From a virus: a stretch of DNA of 64,000 bases. Of the stretch, positions 19,708 to 30,420 are shown one piece after another (the stretch's first letter is position 1; each line of letters opens with the position of its first letter). The stretch lies in the IMG/VR virus record IMGVR_UViG_3300014720_002669. The stretch is one strand, 5' to 3'. The notes beneath the pieces were generated by a model. That model was given only the letters and a program-made list of their open reading frames with translations, was not told where the DNA came from and made no database searches. Both the position numbers and the translations under genes were made by a program.

Positions 19708-21240
19708 ATGTTCCTCAGCTATTTCACATTATTCACCGCATTGTCATTGAGCGTGGTTGCGGCCTGGTACAGTATCTTGGGTCTTACTGCTATTTTTGCT
19801 TCAGCCGTCATACCCATTATCATCATGGGTGGTATACTAGAAGTGGCCAAGGTCACTGTCACAGTATGGTTGCATGAATACTGGCACCGTTGTAGACTGC
19901 TGATGAAGTGTTATTTGGTGCCAGCAGTGTTCATGCTCATGGTGATAACATCAATGGGTATTTTTGGTTTTCTATCCAAAGCACACACAGATCAAAGCCT
20001 GGTGTCAGGCGATGTGCAGGCCAAGATCGCAATATATGACGAAAAGATTAAGATAGCAAAGGACAACATAGATGCCAACCGTCGAGCTCTTAAACAAATG
20101 GATGAGGCTGTGGACCAAGTTATGGGTCGAAGCACAGATGAAAAAGGTGCTGACAAAGCAGTTAAGCTACGCAGAGCACAGGCCAAAGAACGCAATCGAC
20201 TGCTTGCCGAAATTGCAGCCGAGCAGAAAAAGATTGCTGTCATTAGTGAAGAACGAGCCCCTATTGCTGCCGAGGTACGCAAGGTGGAGGCCGAAGTCGG
20301 TCCGATCAAATACATAGCGGCTTTTATCTACGGCGACAATCCCGACGCCAATGTGCTGGAACGTGCTGTGCGTTGGGTAATAATCATCTTGGTTGTGGTG
20401 TTTGATCCACTAGCCATCATGATGGTGCTGGCAGCCACAGAAAGCATGAAATGGGAACGTGAAAGAAGATTGCAACCTGCTTATGACCCAGATGATGGAC
20501 CGCTGACTGATCAACAGTTAGATCAAATACGTGCCACAGCAGAACCAGAACTGCCCAAGGGTGAGGTAGTTGCAGCCAGCAACTTGTTCAACGACCCCGG
20601 CGAACATCCTGCAGACACATTTGATCACGAACTTGAAACAAAAGAAGCAGTTGATCCACATCCTCCAGGTTGGATGTACGGTGATTTACAATCAAATTCT
20701 CTCAATGAACCACAGGTAGAAGAAGTTATTGCTGAGTTTGAACAACTTCGAGCACAGTCAGTAGAGTTCAATCAAGATTATTTGGATACATTAGCACAAG
20801 AAATTGAACCGGAAGAACACGATAATCCAGATGTCAAGGCAGCAGTCAAACAATGGAAATCAGAAAACCCTGACAAGACAATAAAAGAAGAACGTGCCAA
20901 ATTGTCTAGAGGCCAAATTCAAGAATTACCTTGGATGGGTTTAGTAGCAGACAATGACCTGGGTAGAGAACCTACATCAGGGTTTGGTATCACTTTCCCT
21001 GTGAATCCTGTCAAAGGTGATACATTCATGCGTGTGGATCAAATGCCCAATGTGTTGTACAAGTTCAATGGTGTTCACTGGATTATTGTAGACAAGACTT
21101 TGACCCACAACTACACATACGATGATGCATACATTGAGCACCTGATTGCCAAACTCACCAGTGGCGAATACGACCCAGACCTGCTGAGTGACGCAGAAGC
21201 TGATGCTATTGCTCGTCGTGTACGACCCATCAACACATGA
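19708..21240 (+). CDS. membrane-anchored coiled-coil protein with acidic C-terminal region
   Basis: N-terminal TM segments, coiled coil, EVGPIKYIA and VFDPLAI motifs. Confidence 0.7.
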   Translation: MFLSYFTLFTALSLSVVAAWYSILGLTAIFASAVIPIIIMGGILEVAKVTVTVWLHEYWHRCRLLMKCYLVPAVFMLMVITSMGIFGFLSKAHTDQSLVSGDVQAKIAIYDEKIKIAKDNIDANRRALKQMDEAVDQVMGRSTDEKGADKAVKLRRAQAKERNRLLAEIAAEQKKIAVISEERAPIAAEVRKVEAEVGPIKYIAAFIYGDNPDANVLERAVRWVIIILVVVFDPLAIMMVLAATESMKWERERRLQPAYDPDDGPLTDQQLDQIRATAEPELPKGEVVAASNLFNDPGEHPADTFDHELETKEAVDPHPPGWMYGDLQSNSLNEPQVEEVIAEFEQLRAQSVEFNQDYLDTLAQEIEPEEHDNPDVKAAVKQWKSENPDKTIKEERAKLSRGQIQELPWMGLVADNDLGREPTSGFGITFPVNPVKGDTFMRVDQMPNVLYKFNGVHWIIVDKTLTHNYTYDDAYIEHLIAKLTSGEYDPDLLSDAEADAIARRVRPINT

Positions 21241-22094
21241 TCTTAGTCACCGGCGATCGCGGCTTTATCGGCAGCGAACTCAAACAATATCTTACGGCAC
21301 AAGGCCACGATGTACACGGCCTTGACTGGGACACACGTGGCAATACCTACACAACACGAACACCTGTAGAATGGATATTCCACATGGGCGCCATCAGCCA
21401 AACCAATGCTGACAACTGGGCGGATATTGTACGTAAGAACATCCAAGACACACAGGATTGGATAAACACTGCACAGCAGTGGGGCTGTGGCATCACCTAT
21501 GCTTCTAGTGCCAGCGTGTATGGTCCTTGGTCAAACAGTCCCGAATGGGGACCAGTGCAGCCACAGCACTATTATGCTGTCAGCAAGCTCACCATTGACA
21601 ACTGGTGTGCAACGCAAAACTTCACTGTACCTGTGCAGGGCATGAGGTTCTTCAATGTGTACGGACGCAACGAAGGGCACAAAGCACAGCCCAGTCCCAT
21701 ACGTAGATACATGCAACAGGCCATCGCAGGCGAACCACTCACAGTATGGCATCACAACGGCCGCTTGGGCACAAGAGATTTTGTCAGTGTGGATGATTGT
21801 ATCTCAGCAATGATGCAGTTAAAAGCAACTGAGACCAGCGGCGTGTACAACATTGGCACAGGAGTGCAACGCACATTTGAAGACATTGCTCACAGCCTAC
21901 ACCACAGATTTGACAATGCACAAGTGTTGATGAAACCCATGCCTGAGCACATGGTTGAGAAATATCAGTGGGAAAGCCGTGCTGATTTAAATAAACTGCA
22001 ATCCACAATATCCTGGACACCACAGTCGGTGGATCACTGGCTAGACAAAAACTTCGACACCCTTTACAATAAGATCATAAATGAAAACACCTGA
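21237..22094 (+). CDS. NAD-dependent epimerase, ADP-heptose 6-epimerase (HldD)-like
   Basis: TGDRGFIG, YASSASVYG, YAVSK, RFFNVYG. Confidence 0.85.
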   Translation: MILVTGDRGFIGSELKQYLTAQGHDVHGLDWDTRGNTYTTRTPVEWIFHMGAISQTNADNWADIVRKNIQDTQDWINTAQQWGCGITYASSASVYGPWSNSPEWGPVQPQHYYAVSKLTIDNWCATQNFTVPVQGMRFFNVYGRNEGHKAQPSPIRRYMQQAIAGEPLTVWHHNGRLGTRDFVSVDDCISAMMQLKATETSGVYNIGTGVQRTFEDIAHSLHHRFDNAQVLMKPMPEHMVEKYQWESRADLNKLQSTISWTPQSVDHWLDKNFDTLYNKIINENT

Positions 22095-23292
22095 AACATT
22101 AGACAACTGTAGTTTCTGCGGCAAGCACAAAGATAGTGTGGCCAAGCTGATTGTGGGCAGTGAAGTAAGCATTTGCAATGAGTGTGTGGACCTGTGCCAG
22201 ACCTTGCTCAAAGAAGAACTTCCTGAAAAATCAAAAGAGATAACAGATGACACACTGGATCCCAGAACCATTAAAGAACACCTGGATCAGTATGTGATTG
22301 GCCAGAACTATGCTAAAATGGTATTGAGTGTGGCCATTGCCAATCACTACAAACGCATTGCCAATGCTGACCCCAACACCGAAATTCAAAAAGCCAATAT
22401 TCTCATGCTTGGTCCCACAGGATCGGGCAAAACCTTGCTGGCCCGTACAGTGGCACGGTATTTGGATGTGCCATTTGTGATTGCTGATGCCACAAGTTTG
22501 ACCGAAGCAGGCTATGTAGGCGATGATGTTGAAAGTTTGATAACCAGACTGTTCACAGCCGCAGGTGGAGATGTGGGTCGAACACAACGTGGTATTGTGT
22601 TTGTGGATGAGATTGACAAAATCAGCCGCCGCAGCGAAAGTGCCAGTATCACCCGAGACGTGTCGGGAGAAGGTGTGCAACAGGCCCTGCTCAAATTGGT
22701 AGAAGGCACAAAGTGTAGAATCACTCCACAAGGTGGCCGCAAGCATCCAGCAGGCGAAACTGTGGAGATTGACACAACCAATATCTTGTTCATTGCTGGC
22801 GGTGCATTTGTGGGCCTAGACAACATTGTCAAAAGCCGTGTGAAAGGCACCAGTATTGGATTCTCAGCACAGGTTGTGGCAGACGGCACCAGTGTGACCT
22901 TGGACAAAACCACACCGGAAGACCTGATCAAGTTTGGTATGATTCCAGAGTTTGTGGGACGTTTCCCCAGCTGGGTTGCCCTGGCAGAACTCACCAAAGA
23001 AGATCTAGTGCGTATATTGCAAGACATCAAACACAGTTATGTCAGCCAGTATCAGTGGTTGTTCCAGCGTGATCAAATTGAACTCAAGTTCAGTGCCGAC
23101 AGCCTGGACTTGATTGCAGAACGCACCATGGCCAATAAAACTGGTGCCCGTGGACTGCACAGTGAACTTGAGCGTGTGTTGTTGCCGCACATGTACAATT
23201 TGACACGTTATCGCACACATGGTATTCGCACCGTTTCTATTGACAGCCAGCAGGTAAATATTCCCAAGGAGCTCAAAGAGATAAATGAATAA
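22081..23292 (+). CDS. clpX: ATP-dependent Clp protease ATPase ClpX
   Basis: CSFCGK zinc-binding domain, GPTGSGKT, DEIDK, IGF loop, GARGL. Confidence 0.97.
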   Translation: MKTPETLDNCSFCGKHKDSVAKLIVGSEVSICNECVDLCQTLLKEELPEKSKEITDDTLDPRTIKEHLDQYVIGQNYAKMVLSVAIANHYKRIANADPNTEIQKANILMLGPTGSGKTLLARTVARYLDVPFVIADATSLTEAGYVGDDVESLITRLFTAAGGDVGRTQRGIVFVDEIDKISRRSESASITRDVSGEGVQQALLKLVEGTKCRITPQGGRKHPAGETVEIDTTNILFIAGGAFVGLDNIVKSRVKGTSIGFSAQVVADGTSVTLDKTTPEDLIKFGMIPEFVGRFPSWVALAELTKEDLVRILQDIKHSYVSQYQWLFQRDQIELKFSADSLDLIAERTMANKTGARGLHSELERVLLPHMYNLTRYRTHGIRTVSIDSQQVNIPKELKEINE

Positions 23293-23509
23293 ATCACGTG
23301 CAAGATCAGTATTGGTGCAAGATGACAACATTGAAAAGGCCCTGCGCAAGTTTAAGAAAAAAGTTCAAAATTCCGGCATACTAAATGATCTTCGAGAATG
23401 TGAATTCTATATCAAACCTACCACTGCTAGAAAACTCAAACGCAGTGCAGCCAAAAATCGTTGGCGCAAACAAGTAGAAGCCCAACAACTGCCTCCCCGA
23501 ACACATTGA
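23285..23509 (+). CDS. rpsU: ribosomal protein bS21
   Basis: NIEKALRKFKKKV..GIL..EFYIKPT. Confidence 0.92.
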   Translation: MNKSRARSVLVQDDNIEKALRKFKKKVQNSGILNDLRECEFYIKPTTARKLKRSAAKNRWRKQVEAQQLPPRTH

Positions 23510-23563
23510 TTTTTTATCAAAATCTAATAATTTTATTCAGATTTGTGTTATAATAAATACTGC

Positions 23564-23622
23564 TGTAGTGCCTATTGTGGGGCTACAAAACTTAATCTTG
23601 CTTAACAAAGGAGAACATTATG
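23564..23622 (+). promoter_or_regulatory. ROSE-like RNA thermometer leader of dnaK
   Basis: Hairpin with bulged G, then CTTGCTT able to pair with the AAGGAG SD. Confidence 0.6.
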
Positions 23623-25509
23623 AGCAAAGTCATTGGTATTGATCTGGGTACCACAAATTCATGCGTAGCCGTTATTGAAAACGGAATCCCCCGAGTAATT
23701 GAAAATTCAGAAGGTGCTAGAACAACACCCTCGATTGTTGCTTATGCCAACGAAATTCTTGTGGGTGCCAGCGCCAAGCGCCAAGCAATTACCAACCCAA
23801 AAAACACAGTGTATGCAGCCAAGCGCCTGATTGGCCGCAAGTTTGCAGAACCAGCTGTGCAAAAAGACATCAACTTGATGCCATACAAAATCATTGCCAA
23901 CGACAACGGCGATGCCTGGGTTCAAGTCAACGAAGACAAACTGGCACCACCACAGATCTCAGCAGAAGTCTTGCGCAAGATGAAAAAGACTGCAGAAGAC
24001 TATCTGGGCCATGAAGTCACACAAGCAGTGATCACTGTGCCTGCATACTTCAATGACAGTCAACGTCAGGCCACCAAAGACGCTGGTCGCATTGCTGGCC
24101 TGGAAGTGTTGCGCATCATCAATGAACCCACAGCAGCCGCACTGGCCTATGGTGTAGACAAAACAGACAAACGTGACCGCAAGGTTGCTGTGTATGACTT
24201 GGGCGGTGGTACCTTTGATGTGAGCATCATTGAACTGGCCGACGTTGACGGAGACAAACAAATCGAAGTACTCAGCACCAATGGTGACACATTCCTAGGC
24301 GGTGAAGACTTTGATCAACGCATCATGGACTTCTTGGTAGAAGAATTCAAGAAAGACACTGGCGTGGACTTGACTCGAGATGTGTTGGCCCTGCAACGTC
24401 TCAAAGAAGCCGCAGAAAAAGCCAAGATTGAATTGTCAAGTTTAGCACAAACAGATGTGAACCTGCCGTATATCACAGCAGATGCTTCGGGTCCCAAACA
24501 CTTGAATGTCAAGTTGTCACGTAGCAAGCTGGAGCAATTGGTTGAAGAACTGATCAAGCGCAGTATCGAGCCTTGCAAAACAGCCATGAAAGATGCTGGT
24601 GTGAGTGCTGGTGACATTGACGAAGTTATTCTTGTTGGTGGTATGACACGCATGCCCAAGGTGCAAGAAGAAGTCGAACGACTGTTTGGCCGAGCACCTC
24701 GACGCGATGTCAATCCTGACGAAGCAGTGGCTGTGGGTGCGGCAGTACAAGGTGCTGTGTTGAGTGGCGAACGCAAAGACGTGCTCTTGTTAGACGTGAC
24801 ACCGCTGTCATTGGGCATTGAAACCATGGGCGGTGTGTTTACCAAGTTGATTCAAAAGAACACCACCATCCCAACCAAGGCCAGTCAGACATTCAGCACT
24901 GCCGAAGACAATCAGCCTGCTGTGACAATCAAGGTGGCACAAGGCGAGCGAGAGTTGTTCAAGTTCAACAAAACTCTGGGCGAGTTCAATCTTGACGGCA
25001 TTGCACCAGCCGCACGTGGAACACCACAAATTGAAGTGACATTTGACATTGATGCCAATGGTATCATGAAAATCAGTGCCCGGGACAAAGGCACAGGCAA
25101 AGAAAACAAAATCACCATCAAATCCAATTCAGGTTTGAGTGAAGCTGAAATTCAACAAATGATTCAAGATGCCGAAGACAATGCTGAATCAGATAAAAAA
25201 GCACGTGAGTTGATTGAAGTACGTAACAGTGCAGAGTCAGCACTGAACACACTGCAAACTGATTTTGACAAATACAAAGATCAAATCACAGAAGAAGAAC
25301 GTGCTCAAGTAGAAACAGCATTGAAAGCAGTTGAAGATGCCATTGCCGGAGACGACGTCACGGCAATACAAGAAAGCATACCCAAACTGTACGAAGCAAT
25401 TGGCCCAATCACCAAGGCCAAACAACAGGCCCAAGAGGCCCAAACACAACAATCACAAGACCCAAATGTGGTTGATGCCGAAGTTAAAGAGTCTGCAGAG
25501 GCTGTTTAA
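23620..25509 (+). CDS. dnaK: Hsp70 chaperone DnaK
   Basis: [17 protein letters not shown], full-length NBD plus SBD. Confidence 0.99.
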   Translation: MSKVIGIDLGTTNSCVAVIENGIPRVIENSEGARTTPSIVAYANEILVGASAKRQAITNPKNTVYAAKRLIGRKFAEPAVQKDINLMPYKIIANDNGDAWVQVNEDKLAPPQISAEVLRKMKKTAEDYLGHEVTQAVITVPAYFNDSQRQATKDAGRIAGLEVLRIINEPTAAALAYGVDKTDKRDRKVAVYDLGGGTFDVSIIELADVDGDKQIEVLSTNGDTFLGGEDFDQRIMDFLVEEFKKDTGVDLTRDVLALQRLKEAAEKAKIELSSLAQTDVNLPYITADASGPKHLNVKLSRSKLEQLVEELIKRSIEPCKTAMKDAGVSAGDIDEVILVGGMTRMPKVQEEVERLFGRAPRRDVNPDEAVAVGAAVQGAVLSGERKDVLLLDVTPLSLGIETMGGVFTKLIQKNTTIPTKASQTFSTAEDNQPAVTIKVAQGERELFKFNKTLGEFNLDGIAPAARGTPQIEVTFDIDANGIMKISARDKGTGKENKITIKSNSGLSEAEIQQMIQDAEDNAESDKKARELIEVRNSAESALNTLQTDFDKYKDQITEEERAQVETALKAVEDAIAGDDVTAIQESIPKLYEAIGPITKAKQQAQEAQTQQSQDPNVVDAEVKESAEAV

Positions 25510-25516
25510 CTCATTT

Positions 25517-25580
25517 ATCGGGTGCCATGCTGCATGGGCCCGATGTGTCATAACTTGCTTGATAAAGGAGAAAACAAATG
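25517..25580 (+). promoter_or_regulatory. ROSE-like RNA thermometer leader of hsp20
   Basis: ATCGGGT-G-CCATG/CATGG-GCCCGAT hairpin; CTTGCTT versus AAGGAG. Confidence 0.7.
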
Positions 25581-26036
25581 ACAAAAACACTGACCCTTCG
25601 CAGTTTCGATATTCCTGCGATTCACAAATTTGGTATCGGCTTCGACAACCTGTTTGATGATCTCATGCGGGTGAACGCCCAACAAGGCAACACCAACTAT
25701 CCGCCTTATGACATTGTGCAAATCAGCGATGACGAGTACACGATTGCATTGGCTGTGGCTGGCTTTGGGCACGACAACTTGACTGTGACCAAGAACAAAA
25801 ATACCTTGATGATTGAAGGTCAACACTGTCGTGACGCTGTGGACAACGAAGATGCCACTGCAAAATACCTGCACAAAGGCATCAGCGAACGCAGTTTCCG
25901 CAGGGAATTTCAACTGGCCGATCACGTGGAAATCAGCAATGCACATCTTGAACTGGGTATCCTCAGCATTTACTTGAAACGTGAAGTGCCCGAAGAAGCC
26001 CGACCAAAGACAATTGCAATTACCTATAAAGAGTGA
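25578..26036 (+). CDS. small heat-shock protein (IbpA/Hsp20)
   Basis: IGFD, NYPPYDI, AVAGF, YLHKGIS.RSF. Confidence 0.95.
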   Translation: MTKTLTLRSFDIPAIHKFGIGFDNLFDDLMRVNAQQGNTNYPPYDIVQISDDEYTIALAVAGFGHDNLTVTKNKNTLMIEGQHCRDAVDNEDATAKYLHKGISERSFRREFQLADHVEISNAHLELGILSIYLKREVPEEARPKTIAITYKE

Positions 26037-26089
26037 TATAATGTAAATACAGTGACGGCACCGGCCGTCACTGCTAACAAGGAAAAAAC

Positions 26090-26401
26090 ATGTCACAATC
26101 AGACACACGCACTCGTATTAAACCTAATCTTGCAGTGAAAGAACCCACACTGTTCAAGGTAATTTACATAAACGATAACAAGACTACTATGGAATTTGTA
26201 GTAGACAGTCTGGTTGAATATTTTGATTACACAGCAGATTCGGCTGAACAAATCACCATAGATATTCACGAAGCAGGACAGGCCACTGTGGCTGTGTTGC
26301 CTTTTGAAATTGCCGAACAAAAAGGCATTGAAGTCACGCTGTCTGCTAGATCGTTAAATTATCCATTGCAGATAAAACTTGAACCAGAAACAGTGGTCTA
26401 A
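26090..26401 (+). CDS. clpS: ClpS N-degron adaptor
   Basis: KVIYINDNKTTMEFVV..IHEAG..EIAEQK..YPL. Confidence 0.9.
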   Translation: MSQSDTRTRIKPNLAVKEPTLFKVIYINDNKTTMEFVVDSLVEYFDYTADSAEQITIDIHEAGQATVAVLPFEIAEQKGIEVTLSARSLNYPLQIKLEPETVV

Positions 26402-27186
26402 ACATCCACAGTGATGCGCAAGGGATGGTACACATACTGTGACCAACGCGATCTTCCTCGACCACGACAGTTGTTGACAAAACGCACACCTTGATGTATT
26501 TGATCCACACTTCCGTGATAGTGTCCAAAACACCAGGTATGTATTTTTTTTTGTATGTCAGCACTCAAGGCCTGCATCATGAAACTGTTGCCCATGGTAT
26601 TGAATTTTAGATGTCCTGTTAGATCAATGTCATGCGATATCAAATCACCGCAAGGCACAGTGTGTGTGACACAAACAATTTTTTTCACATCATCATGATA
26701 CTGAAGTCGTTTGACACTGGAAACCATGTAAGTGGCATCTGTAGTGGCCATGCGTCCCACAGCCTTGGCACAGGTAGGGGTAGTAGTGGTTTTATTTTGA
26801 AACCACTCGCTGACTGCTTGCTGATCAATGCTAGGGTCAAGATCGTAAGTCCACCAACCATTGGTACCTAAAATGGCCACATCGTCGATGACCACCACAT
26901 TGTCTTGCAAGAATATCACATTGGGCAGGCGTTTTATTTTTTTAATTAGTTCTCTGTAACTGTGGCCGAGATTTTCATACTGATGCACATGCTCATCGTT
27001 GCCATCAACATAAAACACTGCCTGATAACACTGTCCAAGATGGCGCAGGGTATCAATTACTGTTTTTGTATCACGTGCAACATCACCAGCCACAACACAG
27101 TAGGCACTGGTGGGTTTTTGAGTCCAATCAAATTGTGGCCAGGTATCAATATGCAAGTCAGAAATTAAGTCAAATGTAAATGCCAT
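26398..27186 (-). CDS. calcineurin-like metallophosphoesterase
   Basis: SDLH, AGD, GNDEH, THTVP, FGHYH. Confidence 0.88.
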   Translation of the reverse strand: MAFTFDLISDLHIDTWPQFDWTQKPTSAYCVVAGDVARDTKTVIDTLRHLGQCYQAVFYVDGNDEHVHQYENLGHSYRELIKKIKRLPNVIFLQDNVVVIDDVAILGTNGWWTYDLDPSIDQQAVSEWFQNKTTTTPTCAKAVGRMATTDATYMVSSVKRLQYHDDVKKIVCVTHTVPCGDLISHDIDLTGHLKFNTMGNSFMMQALSADIQKKIHTWCFGHYHGSVDQIHQGVRFVNNCRGRGRSRWSQYVYHPLRITVDV

Positions 27187-27210
27187 GATACATATTTAAA
27201 AGGAAATTTT

Positions 27211-27564
27211 ATGAACATTATTTTTGGAGAAGCTTTGGGTGCAATACCTGAAAATTACACAGTGTTGGAATTGGACACTTTTGTAATTCCACCGTCCACT
27301 GAACCAGTGACATCGTACTGTGTGTTGGAAAAATTACCTTTGATTGAATTTACCACGCTGGACGCATACCAAAAGGTGCATGCTGATCTCATGCAGGCCT
27401 ACAGAGATCAAAATTGGGAGTATTGTGTTGAAGCCTTGAGCGGGCTGACTGGACATTGGGGTGGCGAGTTGGATACATTCTATGCAAATCTAGCACAACG
27501 AGTACTTGAATATCAAGCCACTCCACCAGTTCAGCCCTGGACTGGATTCATAATCAAGAGCTGA
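27211..27564 (+). CDS. hypothetical protein resembling the C-terminal helical tail of class III cyclases
   Basis: LELDT..EPV..YRDQNW..PPVQPWTG. Confidence 0.55.
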   Translation: MNIIFGEALGAIPENYTVLELDTFVIPPSTEPVTSYCVLEKLPLIEFTTLDAYQKVHADLMQAYRDQNWEYCVEALSGLTGHWGGELDTFYANLAQRVLEYQATPPVQPWTGFIIKS

Positions 27565-28706
27565 AGTCCAGTTTTCAAAGTCTGAAAATAGTGCTGATCA
27601 GCAGTGAGTGGCGCAAACACTTTGACTGCTGAGCCGCACCAGAGACCTGCTGAAAACTTGGCCACTGATCCAAGCTCTTCAAAGGTGACATCACGACCAA
27701 GGTCAAATGCCATGTAGGTGCTGCCGCCGCGCCAGTTGAGATCTAGATCTTTGGCAATTGATAGCAATTCCTGATGTATGCCTGTTGCACGAGGCAACAA
27801 TTGTTGTATCTGTTGTGTGGCACTCAAGGCAGCCACCACACCCGACATGTTGGGCTGCCAGGTGTGCCCGTGTGCCCAATTTTGAATATCCAACTGTTCA
27901 TACACCTTGCTGTTGCAACATGCTGCACCCAAGGGCGAATAACCGTTGGTCAATGACTTGCCAATGGTGCATATATCTGGTTGTATGCCATAGGGTTCAT
28001 AACCAAACATGGTGCCGTTGGTGCCCCAGCAAAATGCCACATCATCCACTATCATCAACACATCATGTTCTGTGCAAATGTCTCGCAGGCTCTGCCAGTA
28101 TTCTGTGCTGTGTGGCGCCATGGTCATTGCCCAGCTCACTGTTTCCATGATCAAACAACCAATGTCTGGATTCTCTTTCAAGGCTTTCCGCACCCGAGTC
28201 AATGTGAGTTTTTCTTGCCCGTATTGTTGGTATTGATACTGCCAGTCTGGACTGGGAACCAGCACTGCTCGATTGAGATAACTGTATTGTCCGCGTAGAT
28301 GTTTGGCCAGCATGGTGGTTCCATGATAGCTGCCGGCAAAGCTGAGTATCTTGTGTTTGTTGAGTCCACAAGTTTGCCAGTAAGTGTCGTTCATGGCCAT
28401 GGCAGCTTCCACAGCATCTGACCCACTCACAGCCCAGGTCAATGCTGACCAATTGCCCAGTTCACAAATCCATTGTACCAACTTGCTGTTGTCCACAGAT
28501 GTTTCGCCGGTGTTGCCACGTACAAAGTTTACTGGATTGTTGGCCACAGCATTGACAATTTCTGGATTGTTGTAGCCCAAAATATATGCCATGTTGCCGC
28601 ACTGTATGTCAAGATACTGGTTATCATTGGCATAAGTTACCCAGGAACCCTGGGTGCTGGTTACGATTTTTTCCTGTTCGCCAGGGCTGAATGCTTTTAG
28701 TTCCAT
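27531..28706 (-). CDS. class III PLP-dependent aminotransferase
   Basis: SGSDAVEAAM, SYHGTT, IVDDV, IGKSLTNGYSPLG, HGHTW. Confidence 0.9.
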   Translation of the reverse strand: MELKAFSPGEQEKIVTSTQGSWVTYANDNQYLDIQCGNMAYILGYNNPEIVNAVANNPVNFVRGNTGETSVDNSKLVQWICELGNWSALTWAVSGSDAVEAAMAMNDTYWQTCGLNKHKILSFAGSYHGTTMLAKHLRGQYSYLNRAVLVPSPDWQYQYQQYGQEKLTLTRVRKALKENPDIGCLIMETVSWAMTMAPHSTEYWQSLRDICTEHDVLMIVDDVAFCWGTNGTMFGYEPYGIQPDICTIGKSLTNGYSPLGAACCNSKVYEQLDIQNWAHGHTWQPNMSGVVAALSATQQIQQLLPRATGIHQELLSIAKDLDLNWRGGSTYMAFDLGRDVTFEELGSVAKFSAGLWCGSAVKVFAPLTADQHYFQTLKTGLQLLIMNPVQG

Positions 28707-28736
28707 GCAGATATATAGCAGGGAAAACTGGGCAGT

Positions 28737-29033
28737 TTAAATTTCAAGACTGCTGCTGGTTTTTTCTTCGCCCGCTCCCAACACACAGGCAATTTTACTA
28801 TCATACTCAATCATGGTCCATGATCGTGTTTCCTTATTTGCCAACAACGTAATGTGTGTGTTGTGAACAGTTTTGCCCACCCAAACTGGAGATTCTTTGT
28901 GATTGTTTTTAAAATAATTCATCACATGCTGTGCATCTGAACACTTCATCTGTTTGGTTAACTCCATAATTTCTTGGGCGTCGGCTATAGGGCTTAATAA
29001 GCAGAATAGGAACGCCATTGCTATCTTACGCAT
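28737..29033 (-). CDS. secreted hypothetical protein
   Basis: Signal peptide; two Cys; AAGGAG RBS. Confidence 0.75.
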   Translation of the reverse strand: MRKIAMAFLFCLLSPIADAQEIMELTKQMKCSDAQHVMNYFKNNHKESPVWVGKTVHNTHITLLANKETRSWTMIEYDSKIACVLGAGEEKTSSSLEI

Positions 29034-29060
29034 AATGGCTCCTTAAATTGATATTTATAA

Positions 29061-29396
29061 TTAGGGCGCAAATGTATCACTCATAATATATACAGTCACA
29101 CCGACCCGTTGCCGTTCGTTAAAGATATCTCGCCAAGCCGGCATTTTGCGGAACCCATTGGTGACGCGGTCGTAGACAAAATCCGGTTTATAACTGGAAG
29201 ATTTGAGTTTGGGTGCCTTGCCAGGATAAGCACTGTTGCCGTGACAGTGGCGACACTGACTATCCCATACTTGTTGACCCAACGCAATCAAAGAACTATC
29301 CTTCATCACAGCATCTGTAAATGCTGGTGCCGAATCCTGGGCGTTGGCTATGGTGCTGATTAGGCAGAATAGGAACGCCACCGCTGACTTTTGCAT
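29061..29396 (-). CDS. periplasmic monoheme c-type cytochrome
   Basis: Signal peptide ending ANA-Q; CRHCH heme motif; G..KMPAW distal Met; start re-assigned to the ATG at 29396 (AGGAG RBS). Confidence 0.85.
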   Translation of the reverse strand: MQKSAVAFLFCLISTIANAQDSAPAFTDAVMKDSSLIALGQQVWDSQCRHCHGNSAYPGKAPKLKSSSYKPDFVYDRVTNGFRKMPAWRDIFNERQRVGVTVYIMSDTFAP

Positions 29397-29418
29397 AATG
29401 GCTTCTCCTGTGCGATAT

Positions 29419-30420
29419 TTAGCGCACAGGTACCAAATTGTTTCTGAATATTTCCCAGGCTCGACCCCATGACCAACGCTGACTGCCTTGCAGCACAAGA
29501 TGTCTGGGCAAAAACAAAGCATCAGTCACAGCCTGTTTTAGGTCTGTGTTCAAGCAGCCTGTGATGCCTTCATCAACTACATCCACGGGACCTTGCACAG
29601 GAAATGCTGCTACAGGTGTGCCACAGGCCATGGCCTCAATCATCACAATGCCAAAGGTCTCCCACTGACTGGGAAATACAAATACTTCAGCATTGGCATA
29701 GTATTCGGCCAATTCTTCTCCGGTCCGGTATCCAGTGAACAGTACGTCAGGATACTGTTGACGATAAGTTGGCAACATTGGGCCATCACCTACCATGATT
29801 TTCAAAAAGCCCGGAGTTGACATTTCAAAGAATGCTTCCAGATTTTTTTCTTTGCTGACTCTACTCACACACAGCAAGTACCTGCGATTTTTACACTCTA
29901 GTCTATAGCCAGGGTGGAATATGTCTCGATCCACACCTCTAGTCCAGGAAATGATATCACCATCAAATCCATGTGACCGGAGTTCTTGTACCATAGAATC
30001 TGTGGTGGTCAAGACCCGGCCTGAATGTTTGTGAAACCAACGCACTAGAGGCCAAGTAAGACTCTCAGGTATACCAAACAGTTTTCTAAGTCCTTCTGGA
30101 AACTTAGTATGATAAGCAGTGTTGTAGCGATAATGGTGTTTGTCAAGATATTGTCTAACACGCAAACCAATAGGACCCTCTGTGGCGATGTGGATATGAT
30201 CCGGACGGATCTCCTCAAGTATCGCGCCCACCTTCCGGGGAAAGGCAATCTTGACTTCGTTGTAGCCAGGGCAATCAACATAGCGGAACCGCCGGGGATC
30301 AAGATATACAACACGATAGTTGTCCCGAATCGCCATCGCCTCAATATTTTTGTAAGTTGTGACCACGCCATTGATCTGATCCGGTAAGTTGTCTGTGACT
30401 ATTAAGATTGTTTTTGACAT
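29419..30420 (-). CDS. agt: GT4 glycosyltransferase, Agt-like (glucosyl/glucuronosyl-diacylglycerol synthase)
   Basis: VTD...QINGVV, HIATEGPIG, YHTKFPE, VRWFH, WTRGVD..F.P, SRVSKEKN, ETFGIVMIEAMACG. Confidence 0.8.
   Translation of the reverse strand: MSKTILIVTDNLPDQINGVVTTYKNIEAMAIRDNYRVVYLDPRRFRYVDCPGYNEVKIAFPRKVGAILEEIRPDHIHIATEGPIGLRVRQYLDKHHYRYNTAYHTKFPEGLRKLFGIPESLTWPLVRWFHKHSGRVLTTTDSMVQELRSHGFDGDIISWTRGVDRDIFHPGYRLECKNRRYLLCVSRVSKEKNLEAFFEMSTPGFLKIMVGDGPMLPTYRQQYPDVLFTGYRTGEELAEYYANAEVFVFPSQWETFGIVMIEAMACGTPVAAFPVQGPVDVVDEGITGCLNTDLKQAVTDALFLPRHLVLQGSQRWSWGRAWEIFRNNLVPVR

Noticed and set aside
22231-25452. Long antisense ORFs opposite clpX and dnaK
   Set aside because: Shadow ORFs produced by the codon bias of highly conserved genes; no RBS or recognisable motifs.
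26050-26073. Strong hairpin CAGTGACGGC/GCCGTCACTG as an ncRNA
   Set aside because: A single short stem between hsp20 and clpS with no U-tract; most simply an mRNA stability or processing hairpin.
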